64,000 bases of DNA from Microbotryum violaceum (taxonomy: Eukaryota). Below are positions 25,051 through 36,794 of this stretch, one piece after another. The position numbers and the translations under genes are program-made. The notes beneath the pieces were generated by a model. It saw only the letters and a list, made by a program, of their open reading frames with translations, had not been told where the DNA came from and made no database searches. The stretch's first letter is position 1, and every line of letters begins with the position of its first letter. Where the stretch lies: positions 1,054,001 through 1,118,000 of the forward strand of contig CDLV01000005.1 of the NCBI GenBank assembly GCA_001244265.2, in the 5' to 3' direction.

Positions 25051-27769
25051 CTACAAGCCATCGTCGTACAATTTCCGACAAATCGCGACCGTCATCTTCT
25101 CCAAGCTAAATTTCTCCTTCTCCACTTTGTTCGCCAGCTTGGTCGCTTCCGCCGCGCCGTTCGGCCCACGCTCCGCCGACCCCGAGAATTTGGAGACCGA
25201 GCCAGCACCTCCGCCGGTGCTCCTCGGGGCGCCGTACTGCATCCGAGCCGTCGCCGTCATGGCCGCTGGTCCACTCGACGTTGTACGTTGGGGAACCGCA
25301 TCGGTGGCCCGCACAGAGTTTGCAACTGTCCCAGGCCGAGGATCGTCTACGACTGTTCGAGGGGAGGAGGTCGAACGTGAATTGCTACCCGTCGGCGAAG
25401 CTGCGCCAGCAAGGGAGCTGGTCGAGGATGAGATCGGCGATGGGATGCCTGGAAGAGCTTTGACAATCCAAGATGCCATCGATGTGAGGCCGGAAGGCTC
25501 ATCCGAAGGAGACGAAGCGGTCGACGAGTGCGAGTTTCCTACAGTGGCAGCAGCCACCGCCGCCGGTCCAGGCGGAGACGACTTGTTCCGACTGCTTCCA
25601 ATCAATCGGTACAAATCCTGCCACTGCCAGCCTTTCTTGGCCGAAGTTGCTTCTGTCGCTTCGCTCTTGTCTTCCCTTCCCGGTCGAGTGGCCATCTTGG
25701 CCAGTTCGGTCACCGCTGACGCCGAAGCAGCCGCGCTGATGAGACCTGAGCTTCCTCTCATCGCCCAGTGGTCGCAATTCTCGACCACTCCGAGAAATTC
25801 ACCCCACTGTGCGCTTTCGATCGTAACTAGTCCGTCGTTGCCGACCCAGTTCGGTCGAGTGTGAATCCCTTTCGCCAGCCGCGCAGACTCCGCACCATCG
25901 AGCACTTGCTTGGGCAACCAAAGCGGGTGCCAGATTGGGATCTTTTCCGTTCGACTGGCAACCGAATAGTACTTGACATCGTCACGATTTGGCGTTAGTG
26001 GATTGAAAACCTCGCGCAAAAAGTTGGGGGTCAAATTGGCATAGGCGGGCGAATCGAGCAGGTCGAGGAGGTAGTTTGATAGGCTGGCCGTTAAGCTCTT
26101 GGGCAGACCCGCCAAGTTCAGACCGGCCTTGATCGTCTTGGCAGCCGCATCGACCTTTTCTTGCTGCTCGGCAGCCTTTAAAGCTTCTTCCTCCTGCGGT
26201 GGGGTCACTCGATGCAGAATCGGGGACTTGAGCGAGAACGGGAGGGGGACCGAAGTGTCTTCGTGGGCGAGCCTGGCCGCTTCGGCGGAAGTGACATCGT
26301 AGTCGGTACCAATACCTATGTTGGCTCGGCACCACGCCATGAATTCGGATCCCCGGTGTGGCGTCGACAGAGTTGTCAGGGAAATGGGGTGGTATGTTTC
26401 GGGTCGTATTTGCGAAAACAGATATCTCGCATCAAGGCCACCCTGTGGAACGAGGCGTCGAGTGATATAAGCCAAGAATGTTGAAAAAACGACCATAATC
26501 TTGTTGGAACTCACCATTGAGTGAGCTAAAAAGTTGAGCTGCTGGCCGTGGAGTTCATGGTTTTCTTCAAGCAGGCGATGTAGCGAATGAGCTCGTTGCT
26601 TGATCGACCCCGTCCTGCGAGGTGATAATATGGGCAAATAAACACTTCTGTGACGTCTTCGTGCCATCTGACCGAGTCCCATATCTGACTTACCCTGGAA
26701 CGGCAGTGACAAAGACTTCGGCGCCGACTTTGCCTCTCAAAATTGAAAGGAGATCGCCCCAGTAGTGCAACCGCAAGTAGCTTGGACCTCGAACATCGAA
26801 ACCATAAAGACCTACATGATGCAAGCAGAAGACAATCAAATCAGTCCTTGGATGCCTACTTGGAAGGAAAAATCGAAAGGACTAACCATGGCACAAGACG
26901 ATCGGATTGCGAGGTTTGCGAATTGGGTCGTACAGAGTCGGGTGGCGCAAAAGCGAGTTGATCTGGTCCGCCCGAGGCTCTTCTTTCTGAGAATTGGGCT
27001 CATGTTCGGTCTTGGGCTGTGTGGACTGCTTCGATGACGGTGAGCTGGTGCTACCTTGGGCAGAGCTCGGCAGCGTGGTGTTCGCTTCAGTCGGTAACCG
27101 GAAACCGTCGGTTGGCCGGTGTGGTCGAGGACTTGAGCTGTTCTCGCGGATGGAGTCACTTGCTGGGCGGAAAGATGGAGGTGGGCTCTGGTTGCTGCTG
27201 TCAAGTGGCTGTTGTAGCGACGGAGCAGCGGCGTTTGCGGATGGAGAAGAGCGAAAGAGGGAGAAAGCCCGCGACGGCTGCAACGACAAGGGAGTTTCGA
27301 TGATACGGCAACGCGTAGATTCGTGCTTGTATAACTGTGTTTGACTCGACGCAAGCGTGCGGTGACTGGGTATGGACAGGGGTGCCTTCGTCCGGGGAAA
27401 GCACGTGGGATCGACTCGTGCACGTTCGTCCACGAGCTCGACCCTGGCGCGCTTCCTCGGCGGTGCCCTGGGTACATCGAGGTTGACTGCAGTGGTAACA
27501 GATGCGGAGGCAGTTTCGTATATGCTGGAGCTCGTATGAATGTCTCCAAAGCTTGATCGAGGCCATGAGTTCGCACTCGACGACGAACTGGCTCGTCGTG
27601 GCTGCGGCTGCGACTGCGACGGTGACGCCGCTGGCGCTGAGGCTGCGACGGCGGGCGGCGATGGCGCTGAGGCTGCGACGGCGGGCGGCGATGACGTTGT
27701 GCTTGTGCGACGGCGAAATGGAAGCGAGCGTCGGCCGTCTTGACCGGGCAGCGACGGCGACCCGTTCAT
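25051..27769 (-). CDS. Tgl2-like triacylglycerol lipase (alpha/beta hydrolase). First in-frame ATG is 27769, but the frame is open further upstream.
   Basis: Motifs RNPIVLCHG/LYGF, nucleophile AHSM/GGLDARY, LTTLSTPHRGS, NDGLV, CDHW, and C-terminal ICRKLYDDGL. Confidence 0.88.
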
Positions 27770-29013
27770 CGCGGTCGCATGCTTAGCCTCGACACGGTGC
27801 GACTGATTCAATTCATATTCGACCAAGCCCAATAGCGCACTTGTGCTTGGTGCTGAGGCTGTAGTTGAAGTTGAGCGGGGCGCATCCGCAAGCGACTCGG
27901 CGCGTTGGGGCGGCCCCCTCGACGACGAACGCGAGCTCGAGTTGGAAGTCGAAGCGATCGCGGACACGGTGGCACTGAGCACACCCACGCGCTTCAGTGC
28001 CGCGGCCGTAGCCGCCAGTGGGAGCGTTGACGAAGCCAGCTTGGAAGCAATTCGAAGGCAGTGACGCAGTGGTGGAGGGAGGTAGAGACCGGAGTTGAAA
28101 GATCGCGCGACGAACGATCCGCGGCCGGCGCGGTCCCGTCTGGTCCCGTGACTTGGCTTTAATCAAATGATCGCCGCATCGAGAGTAGTAGCACCCTCGC
28201 CACTCCGACACCGCGGCGGGCCTTATTCAATGCTCACCCTTCCCAATCCTTTGCGACTTGAGAGGCCTGCCGAGCCGTAGCTAGGGGTTTCGTCTGCAGA
28301 GAAACAGAGCAGCCTGGACCATATTGCACAGCCAACTTTGGAAGGTGCTGAGGACTCAGGAGGATGGAGACGTTCAGGTTCATTGAGGGAGGCATTGGTC
28401 ATCTGCGCTAACATAGTAATCAGGTACTCTAGTACAATTAAGAGAGAATTTTTAAGCTCTGTAACATTTTAGTCTGAACGTATGTGGTCGCTATCTCAAC
28501 GTGAAGAATGCGTGACGCCGATTCGAGCAGCCAGCTACGACACCCCCTGTCTCCGCCTCACCCGCCGGCTCGCCTCAAGCCGATGTTAGGACTCTGATTC
28601 TTAGGTGAAATGGTCTCCGAGTCTGTTTCAAAAGGTACGAAGCGATCTCGAACTAGGCTTGAGATGCTTGCACCTATACGGATCCACCCCGTGCAGAGCT
28701 TGGTCAGTGTTGCCAGCCTATGCTTAGGCCGGCATCGAGCTGCCACTGGTCAGGGACTTCCCTCCAAGAAACCCCGAAGGATAGGATCTTCGTGTTCCTT
28801 GCAGATTTGAGGAGATGTGACCAAAAGAAACGCATCGCACATGCACGATGGCTTTGAGCGATAAGATCAAGGCGTCAGCGATGTGGGGACAAGTGTGGAG
28901 GAGCCTCAGCTCAGCACTGCATGGAGTGACTCGAATTCCATGCAGGGCCTAGAAACCGCTAGCCGGAATCCGGGCTTTGACTTTCCTCTTCCACACATCT
29001 CCCACTGAACACG

Positions 29014-30858
29014 ATGGCGTCGTCCGGGACAGAACCGATCGAGTTATCTCGGGTGGAAACCGCAGTGTCGTCGTCCCATCTGCCACCTTCGACACCCACC
29101 ACATTGGCCGAATCGGAACGAGGTCCGCTCGAGCTCGCCTCCGCGGATCTGCTCCCTCCACAAGGAGCGAAACGCTTCGAAGCACTCGACTCGTACCCCG
29201 ATGGTGGGGCCGAGGCATGGCTACAAGTACTAGGATGTTCGGCGTGCCTCAGTGTCTGTGTTGGAGGTGAGTCAACACAACATCTCTTACCTTCAACGGC
29301 CCGCGCCCAACCGACACAGTTCCGGGAGCGCTCAACTCATTTCGCTCCCCTTCGTGCATGCTTATGTGTCGTGGACGGACGTGTCTCCAGGAATATACAG
29401 CTGGTCAGTAGTCAAGAGCCACTTGCTTATCCGTACACTGCTTATACTCACGCCAGTCATCTTACTCGTGCAGGGGAATCATGGTTCGTCCATCGGTGTC
29501 GGTTCCGAGGGATCCCTGCGCGTGGGGGCGTCTCGTTTCGTGTGACTAATCACGTGACCCACACCACGTCTCAAACAGCAAGACGCTCTTTCAGACCTTG
29601 GGCCTGGAACAAGTTGGATTGGTAGTATCCAAGCCGCTTCAACCGCCGCTCTCGCCATTCCTTGCAACCGCCTCGTCGCTGCGTACGGCCCGAGGAAGAT
29701 CGCATTGATCGGCACCGTCATCACCAGCGCCGGCCCGCTACTCGGCTCGTTCTGCTCCAAGTCATTCGCCGGTCTCATGGTCACCGAAGGCTTGCTTTTC
29801 GGTGTTGGCCAGAGCCTCATCTTCTTTCCCGCTGCTACACTCCCCTCGTCTTATTTCCTGAAGCGACGCAACTTGGCGACGGGATGTACCTATGCCGGAG
29901 GTGGAATTGGAGGCGCAGGGTTTTCACTCTTGTCCTCGGTCTTGATCAAGCGAGTCGGGATTCCATGGAATTTGCGAGTGACGGCGCTCGTATACTTTGC
30001 CATAACTTTCCCTGCATCCTATTTCATCAAGGCGCGACTGCCCAGAAAACCACTGCGAGGGGGTGGCCCGGCCATAGACTGGTGCGTCAGGATTTCAAGC
30101 CTCTACCGCGACTCGGACTGAGCTGAATCCGCCTTACTCTACGCATCTACTCCTTAATCCAACGCAGGACACTGTTCCGCGATGCCAGATTTGTCTTCTT
30201 ATTCTGCGGAGGAGCGTTCGCACTCTTCCCACTCTTCGGTCAATCGCTTTTTTGGCCTCAGTTCCCAACCGGTCGCGCGATAAGTGAAATTGACTCTTGT
30301 GCCTCCTCTCGCCTCACAGTCCCGCCTTTCTTCTTGCCGCTTTATGCCTCTGCCCTCGGCATGTCATCCCTCTCCGGCTCCCTTCTTCTGGCCGGATTCA
30401 ACCTCGCCTCCGCAGCCGGTCGGATCGGATTCGGCCTAGGCGCAGACCGCTACCTCGGTTCCCTGAATAGTCAAATCCTGTGCCTCTTCGTCTTTGGCGT
30501 CACAACCTTCATCATCTGGCCATTGGCGACGACTCTCACACCTTTGGTCATCTTCGCCGTCGTCAATGGGGCCGTCAATGGAGGGTTTTTCTCCCTGATG
30601 CCAGGAAGTGTGGCGAGTCTTTTCGGCACAGCGACGTTCTCGGTCACCTTCGGGATGATCTTGTCCAGCTGGGCACCAGGCTACTGCATGGGCGCGCCGA
30701 TCGCGGGCTACATCCTCGAAGCTGCAGGGGGATCCAAAGCCGGTTATGGGGCTTTCCGACCTGCGATCTTTTACTCTGGTGCGCTAGCCACGGTCTCGTG
30801 TGCAATGTTGACCGTCGCTAGGGTTATCGAGTCGCGAGATCTTAAGAAACGGGTATGA
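29014..30858 (+). CDS. MFS monocarboxylate-permease family transporter, multi-exon
   Basis: YPDGGAEAWLQVLG N-terminal signature, YFLKRRNLATG...GGGIGG, GRIGFGLGADRYLG, and many transmembrane segments. Confidence 0.9.
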
Positions 30859-30966
30859 AGCTGCTTTCGGGTGTTTGCGGAAGGTGCAGAATATGAAATG
30901 ACATATTCGCCATAGCAGGTACGGACATCTAATGCACGTGTTTCGAGGGGTTGGGTGTGCATGTAA

Positions 30967-32807
30967 CTAGATTGCAAGGGCTGTCGTTGACCTCTCGTCA
31001 AGCGACCTTTGTCGCTTACTACCACCGTTCACTTCGACCACGCCAGGCACAGCGGGTGAAGGGAGCGGCGTCATTTTCGTCGCGACTCCTTCTGCAAGAG
31101 CCACCGCATCCTTAGCCAATTTGTCCCTCAGACTCCCCTTGCCTCGTTCTTTGTTGACCCGATCGAATTCTCGCGTCGCGTTCATGACGACAGCGTACCC
31201 TCTCCCTCTGTACTCGGGAACTTGTTGATCCTCGTAGGTGTCATTGAACCTCTGCACCTGTAGATCAAATTCCTCCTTTCCTCGTCTCAGGACATCGCGG
31301 ATGCTTTGGAAGAAGCGATGCATGACTGTGAGGTTGTGCTGCGCTAAGATGACGTAGGAGGTCATCTCCCTCGCTTGCAGCAAGTGGTGCACGTAAGCTC
31401 GAGTCGGCGGGATCGGGCCGAAAGCATGAAGCGCTTCGGGAGATGGAGCGAGGATGGAAGATGAGAGGGGGATAAAAGATCGATCATAGGCGGGGTCATA
31501 AAGGTCGAGACCGATGGGCCGCTGGTGTTCCCGATCGTGCCCGAGGGTATCAGCCTCGTGGGACACGGGAAAGCTGAAATCGAGTGCCACGCCGACGGTC
31601 GATATCTGAGATGACCATTCATCCACAAAGATGTCCAACCCGATCTCCTGGATCGTTTTTAGGATCGCATGCGGGCCACTGACGCCCAATGCCAACCGAG
31701 GTTTGTGGCTGGGAAGCGGGTCGAGCGATGCGTGACACAGCTCATGAAGGCCGGGCAAGGTCGAGTCGATAGTCAGAACATAACCATTAATGGAGGCATC
31801 TAAAGGTTTTCGACCCGGTTCGACCTTGGCGAGCTGACTGGCTTGGTTCGGAGTGTCGCCGAGGAGCGCGTTCGAGAATTCGCTCCGTCCGATTGGAGAC
31901 TGTCCACCGACGAGCGACACGAAAACATTTGCCCGACCCTGGAAGACGATTCCAAAGGGTGAGCACGGTGTACGAAGATTACCGCAGACCTCGGACAACT
32001 GTCAGGCCCAGACTCACGTCGGCTTTGGCTATAAAATCTGATGCCCACTGCAGCCCTCGACGGATGACTTTGTCCAGTTTTTTCGAACTCAGTGAACCTC
32101 GTTGCTCGTCCGAGGGAGCAATCACGATATCGGTTGGTTGAGCAAGAAGATAGTCACACACGGCGCCGGAAGAGATCTGGATCGTAGTGGAAATCATTCT
32201 ACTCAAGTCAGTTTTAAGCATCCGCAATTTGGTCACCATCGCTAACGGACCTTCGTGGACCCTTGCAGCGTCGCAGCCATTATGAGTTTGTCCTGGTTCG
32301 GCGCAAGTGGCTTGTCGGAAGAGGTGTCCCGTAGACCCAAAGCAAGGATGGGCTGTCGATAGGTCGGGGTTTCGTACAGGCCGATGAACCTGTGCAAGCT
32401 CATCGGCGCTCGCGTAAAGATGGGTGGCGATATGTCCAAGCTACAGACAGAGTTCAGGGTGCGTCGAGTCAGCCCAATGAATCACATCAAGTTCCAAGAG
32501 CCGGAAGTCAGCGCGAATATGTGCGATCTTATTTATTGGTGACTGACAAGTGCTCAAGGGATAGATGAACCATCTCGTTCGGCAACCGAGCGACATTGTC
32601 TCGCGTGAGATGCGGGATCGCCCCCTTCCTCGTGTACGCCATCACAGCAGGTGTAGAGATGCATCGAACCTCCGATTCGGAGCGAGTGAAGCTCAATCCG
32701 CCCGATCGAGGCGAATTTGCCGGCGCGTCGTCAAGTGCGAAGGTCATCTTGGGCCACGACGACGGAGACGACGACGACGAGCCGCTGCGAACGGTGCCTG
32801 CGGTCAT
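30967..32807 (-). CDS. QTRT2: Queuine tRNA-ribosyltransferase accessory subunit (QTRT2/QTRTD1-like), multi-exon
   Basis: Motifs TPAVMAYTRKGAIPHLTRDN, KPRLALGVSGPHAILKTIQEIGLDIFVD, TRAYVHHLLQAREM...LAQHN. Start is 32807 or 32747. Confidence 0.85.
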
Positions 32808-34600
32808 GATGGTGGGTCCGAATCTGAGCAAGCTATGGCGAGGATCCACAACCCGTTCCGAGAATCTTAGCGTGACGGACGTCGCGAAATGCGAGATCCG
32901 AGGCGCTGTGACAGCACCTTTCGCTGGCTGGGGGATGCTCGGACTGGCGAGCCGGAGGACAAGCAGTGCAAGGCCACAGATTCAGGGTCAACTCGCAAGC
33001 CCGTACGGGGGGGCTGCTCGGGGTGTCCCGCGTCACCGCCTGGGGCCGTCAAACGTCAAACGTCTATGACAAAACGAGAATTATGAAGGACAAAAGAGAC
33101 AAGCGCGCCAGTCACTTGGTTACTACTAGTACTCAGTGAATCCTGCCAGGTCTGGACAAAATAGAGGCCAAAAATCCCAGGCCCGATGCAACGGATTAGT
33201 AGCGCCAGGCCAAGGTGATGAGACATTCGAGTGATCGACCTGAAGGATTTCCCATGAGAGAATCCCAACATGATCCACTCAGTGATCCACTCAGTATACA
33301 AAAAGGTCGAGAGCTGACCAGGTCTACAGCAGCAAGAGTCAGCACTACGATATGGTGACGCACGTTAATGAATCACGATGATGACTGACGATGGTGACGG
33401 ATGATCGAGCGAGGTCGAGTCGACTCGGGACGACCCCTGTGCGACCGAGTGCGAGAGGGGAACGTCGCACGAGCCGACACACCCTACTTCGACATCCTGT
33501 GAGCTTCGCCAGCAGAACATGCGACACTTGTGACATCTTCAGAAGACGATCCAAAGCCCATCCCTCCCCTCTTCCGAATCAAACACAACTCGGAGAGCGC
33601 GAAGTGGGTCGGCCGAGGCTCGCAAGCTTGGAAGGCTTACCGAGGTCGAACACTGACTCATGTAGCCCCCCAGACACCTGCAGATTCCCGTTCAGAAGGC
33701 GGACCGGAGCGTGGCTGTTCTAGATGCGAGATGGGTCCTGCTGCATCTAGTGCAGAGTATCGAACATGTGGCAGTGTCAGTCAGCAGGGTCGCGCAGCGG
33801 CAAGGTGAGCACCATATAGGTCGAGAGACCTCGAGGCGACCTCCTCTACGCGACTTTCTGCCGCGCGACGGTCGACCGGCGCGGGCACCAACGTCGCACG
33901 AGAAGCTGACTCATTGTTCTTGACAACAAGTAGCATGGGTAAGGTTCACTAATATGCTCGGATTTGCACTGTCTTGCACCGTCATGCACGGCGGTGCATG
34001 GGCTGGGAGTCGGATCCGAGTGTCACGCCCGAACCGGGGCCGTTCGAGAGGCCGAGACTGCACAGCGGTCCATAGGGGTGCATCGCTGTGCATCGATGTA
34101 CACATGTGTACATGGGATATCATTGAGTGTTTACCTGAATTCTACAGGAATATGGACTGAAACTGACGTTACTCTAGGCTACTCCGAAGGTTGCACTGGT
34201 GTTTGGTCGCCGGGTGCCTCACGTTCACTGCCCCATAGCAGGGGTGATTCCAAGAGTGAAACGTTCCGGGCGTTCTTGTTTGTCGCAAGAGCAGGTTGCG
34301 TACCCCATCAATTGGGTTCAGAGGCTCGAAGATGTACTGGGTAGATGGTGGAGCCAGAGTCGCTGCCGAGTCCCGGAGAAGTGCCCAAGACCAATTTGTG
34401 GGAGTATTGGAACTTATTCAGAAGCACTGAGAGCAATACGAGTTGGCCAACATAAGCTTAACTACTTTCTGCTGATATTACGCGCTTTATCTAAGCATAA
34501 TGCTGACAGTGGCAGCTTTTTTTCCAAGGCACAGTATAAGTCGGAAGGCGCGAAAGCCCCGCCATGGATCGATCTTGCGACAAAACCGGGCAAGTTCCTC

Positions 34601-36170
34601 TTATTTCCCTCCAAAGTGCATCCTGTACTTGCCAGTCTTGACCTCGGGTAGTTCCAGCTCCTCGCTCAGCCTTTCCTTGATCGCTTCGATCCACTCGCTT
34701 GGTGCTGGGGTCACCTTCTCTGTCCCTCCCAGCCAGACTTCGATTCGGTCACCTCGCTGCGGAAGGAGAAATCCCAGGTCAGTTCCAGGTTCAGGTTCAT
34801 GATTTTGATCGACTCACTGCTCGACGACTGGCAACAGCACCAATGATGAACCCCTCCTTGCTCGACTTGCCTGCCTTCTTCAGGATCTCACTCGCCGCTA
34901 CTTCGACCGCCGATCCCGCGAGCAGGAACACAAGTCGCTCAAACACCGTCTCAAACATGGCTGGTGTCGGTTGGATGATCAATCTTCCACCTTTGCTGTT
35001 CCATGGGTCCTCCCACGTGGGCGACACCCCAGCTCGGAAGAAGTGCAAGTTCTGCCCCGCTCGATTCAGCCCGAGCCCACCCTCCTCGATCGCGCCAGCG
35101 GGCTTGACAGCGGCAGGGCCGCGCTTATTCGACAACAGTTTGCTTGCGACGATCCGCTTGTACGCCTTCAGGGTCGAGCAGAGGTCATAGACGGTCTTGG
35201 CGGTGAAAAGCGCTTTGACGGCATCATCGTAGTCGTCGGCTGTCGTGTTGTGGGACGATTTGGCAGCCACGGTCGTATCCGAGAAATGCAGTGCTGTGGG
35301 TGGGGATGGTAGGCAATCAGATAAGGGCTCCAGCTCAAAGTCTCCTTGCATTACCGACGCTGAGAAAGCCTCACTCCATGCGGCCGTCAACGGCAGATCT
35401 GTCGGGTATGCCGAAACGCGCTCCAAATTCTTCTGCACCACAGACCGCTCCTTCGACGGCATAGCTTCGAGCTTCTCGGACAGCCTGGTCAGGGCTGGTA
35501 CGTCCTCTCCACCTGTTGTCGAATCCGCCTTCTTCAATGTCGCATCGGGCGCGCTCTGGTCTTTACCATTGATCTTGTTCGAGTCGGCGGTGGTGGCAGC
35601 AGAGGCAGAGGCAGAGGCAGAAGGGGGGGAAGTGGCGGACGACGGCGACGATGAGGACAACTTCCCGCCCGTTGACTCCCGGGCAGCTTCTTGAATGGTC
35701 GATAGCCGATGCGGCGATGTCGACTCTGATGCACCCTGCTGCTGTTCTTTGGCATGGCCATTGACCGGCGTGGGTTTGGCTTCGTCGCCTAATTCGTCCG
35801 GCAGGACCTTGCCAACTTGCTCTACCTGAAGCTTCTCGCCCTCCTCGATGTCCTCCAACGTTGCACTGCCTTCACTCGGCCCGTCTTTGCTACCGGTCGG
35901 AGCTCCGTTCGTGGCGCCCAGAGTCGGCTCCACTTTGCCGTGGTCCCGTGCTCCGCTGGTCTCGTCCGAGGCGACGGCGGCGGGCGATAACGACGCATGT
36001 TCCTTGGATTCTGGAGAGCTCAAAGGGGAGGCAGCTTTGGTGCGTTGAAGTGCGGCCTGGCCTTCGAAGTGGGAGACGAGGTCGTTCACTTTGCCAGGGG
36101 TGCTCGGGGAAGCCGGTCGAGCTGAGCCGGGCGAGGTTGATGACGGCGCTGCAAGGGCCGAGGAAGCCAT
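34601..36170 (-). CDS. Divergent eIF4E-family cap-binding protein with a long disordered N-terminus
   Basis: Motifs LPLTAAW, NLHFFRAGVSPTWEDPWNSKGGRL, IIGAVASRRA/RGDRIEVWLGG. Two introns; TAA at 34603-34601. Confidence 0.88.
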
Positions 36171-36794
36171 CGTGTTTGTGTTGGTGATCGAACCGAGGAT
36201 GCCGAAAAGAGCTAGGTTGTGCGGACTTCCTGCAGGCGAAAAGGGTGCCCTTCAACGTAGAGCGTCGGTAGGCCCGAAAGCCAAACGTGATCGTCAGGCG
36301 GGGCGGTGGTCCGTCCCAGTGACGCAAACACCCAACGCCAGCCAACGCCTCCCAACGCAGCCCAAGCCTGCTACCGACTGGCATTTTCGCCGCGCCATGC
36401 CCGCACCCAGGCGCAATCTCGCACCGTGGGAGTCGTGGGCGACCGACCCAACATAGCAGTTCAACATGCTCTGTCCACACCTAATCAAGAACTTTTCAAA
36501 AGGACAAACAGTCCATCTTGGGGTTCCTTCTCACGGTACAGAAAAGCTCTGGCCGCATGCAGAAAAGTTGCGGGATGGGATTACAACGGTCCTTGCTGGG
36601 TGTTAGCAGACACGAGAAGACAACGTACAAGCCGGTGCATGTGAGAGTTGGTGGCGAGAGTGAGACAACACGAGAACATGATGGGCGGAAAAAAGTAAGA
36701 GAAAAGGGTGCAGTCGACAAGACAAGCAAGGGAAAGGAACCGAAGCAATCAGAACCATATGTACTTTTGAGTCGTGCCTTTGCCGATCCCAGGC

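Noticed and set aside
27632-27693. 30-bp tandem duplication
   Set aside because: In-frame low-complexity repeat (SPPAVAASAP x2) in the lipase N-terminal region; unremarkable.
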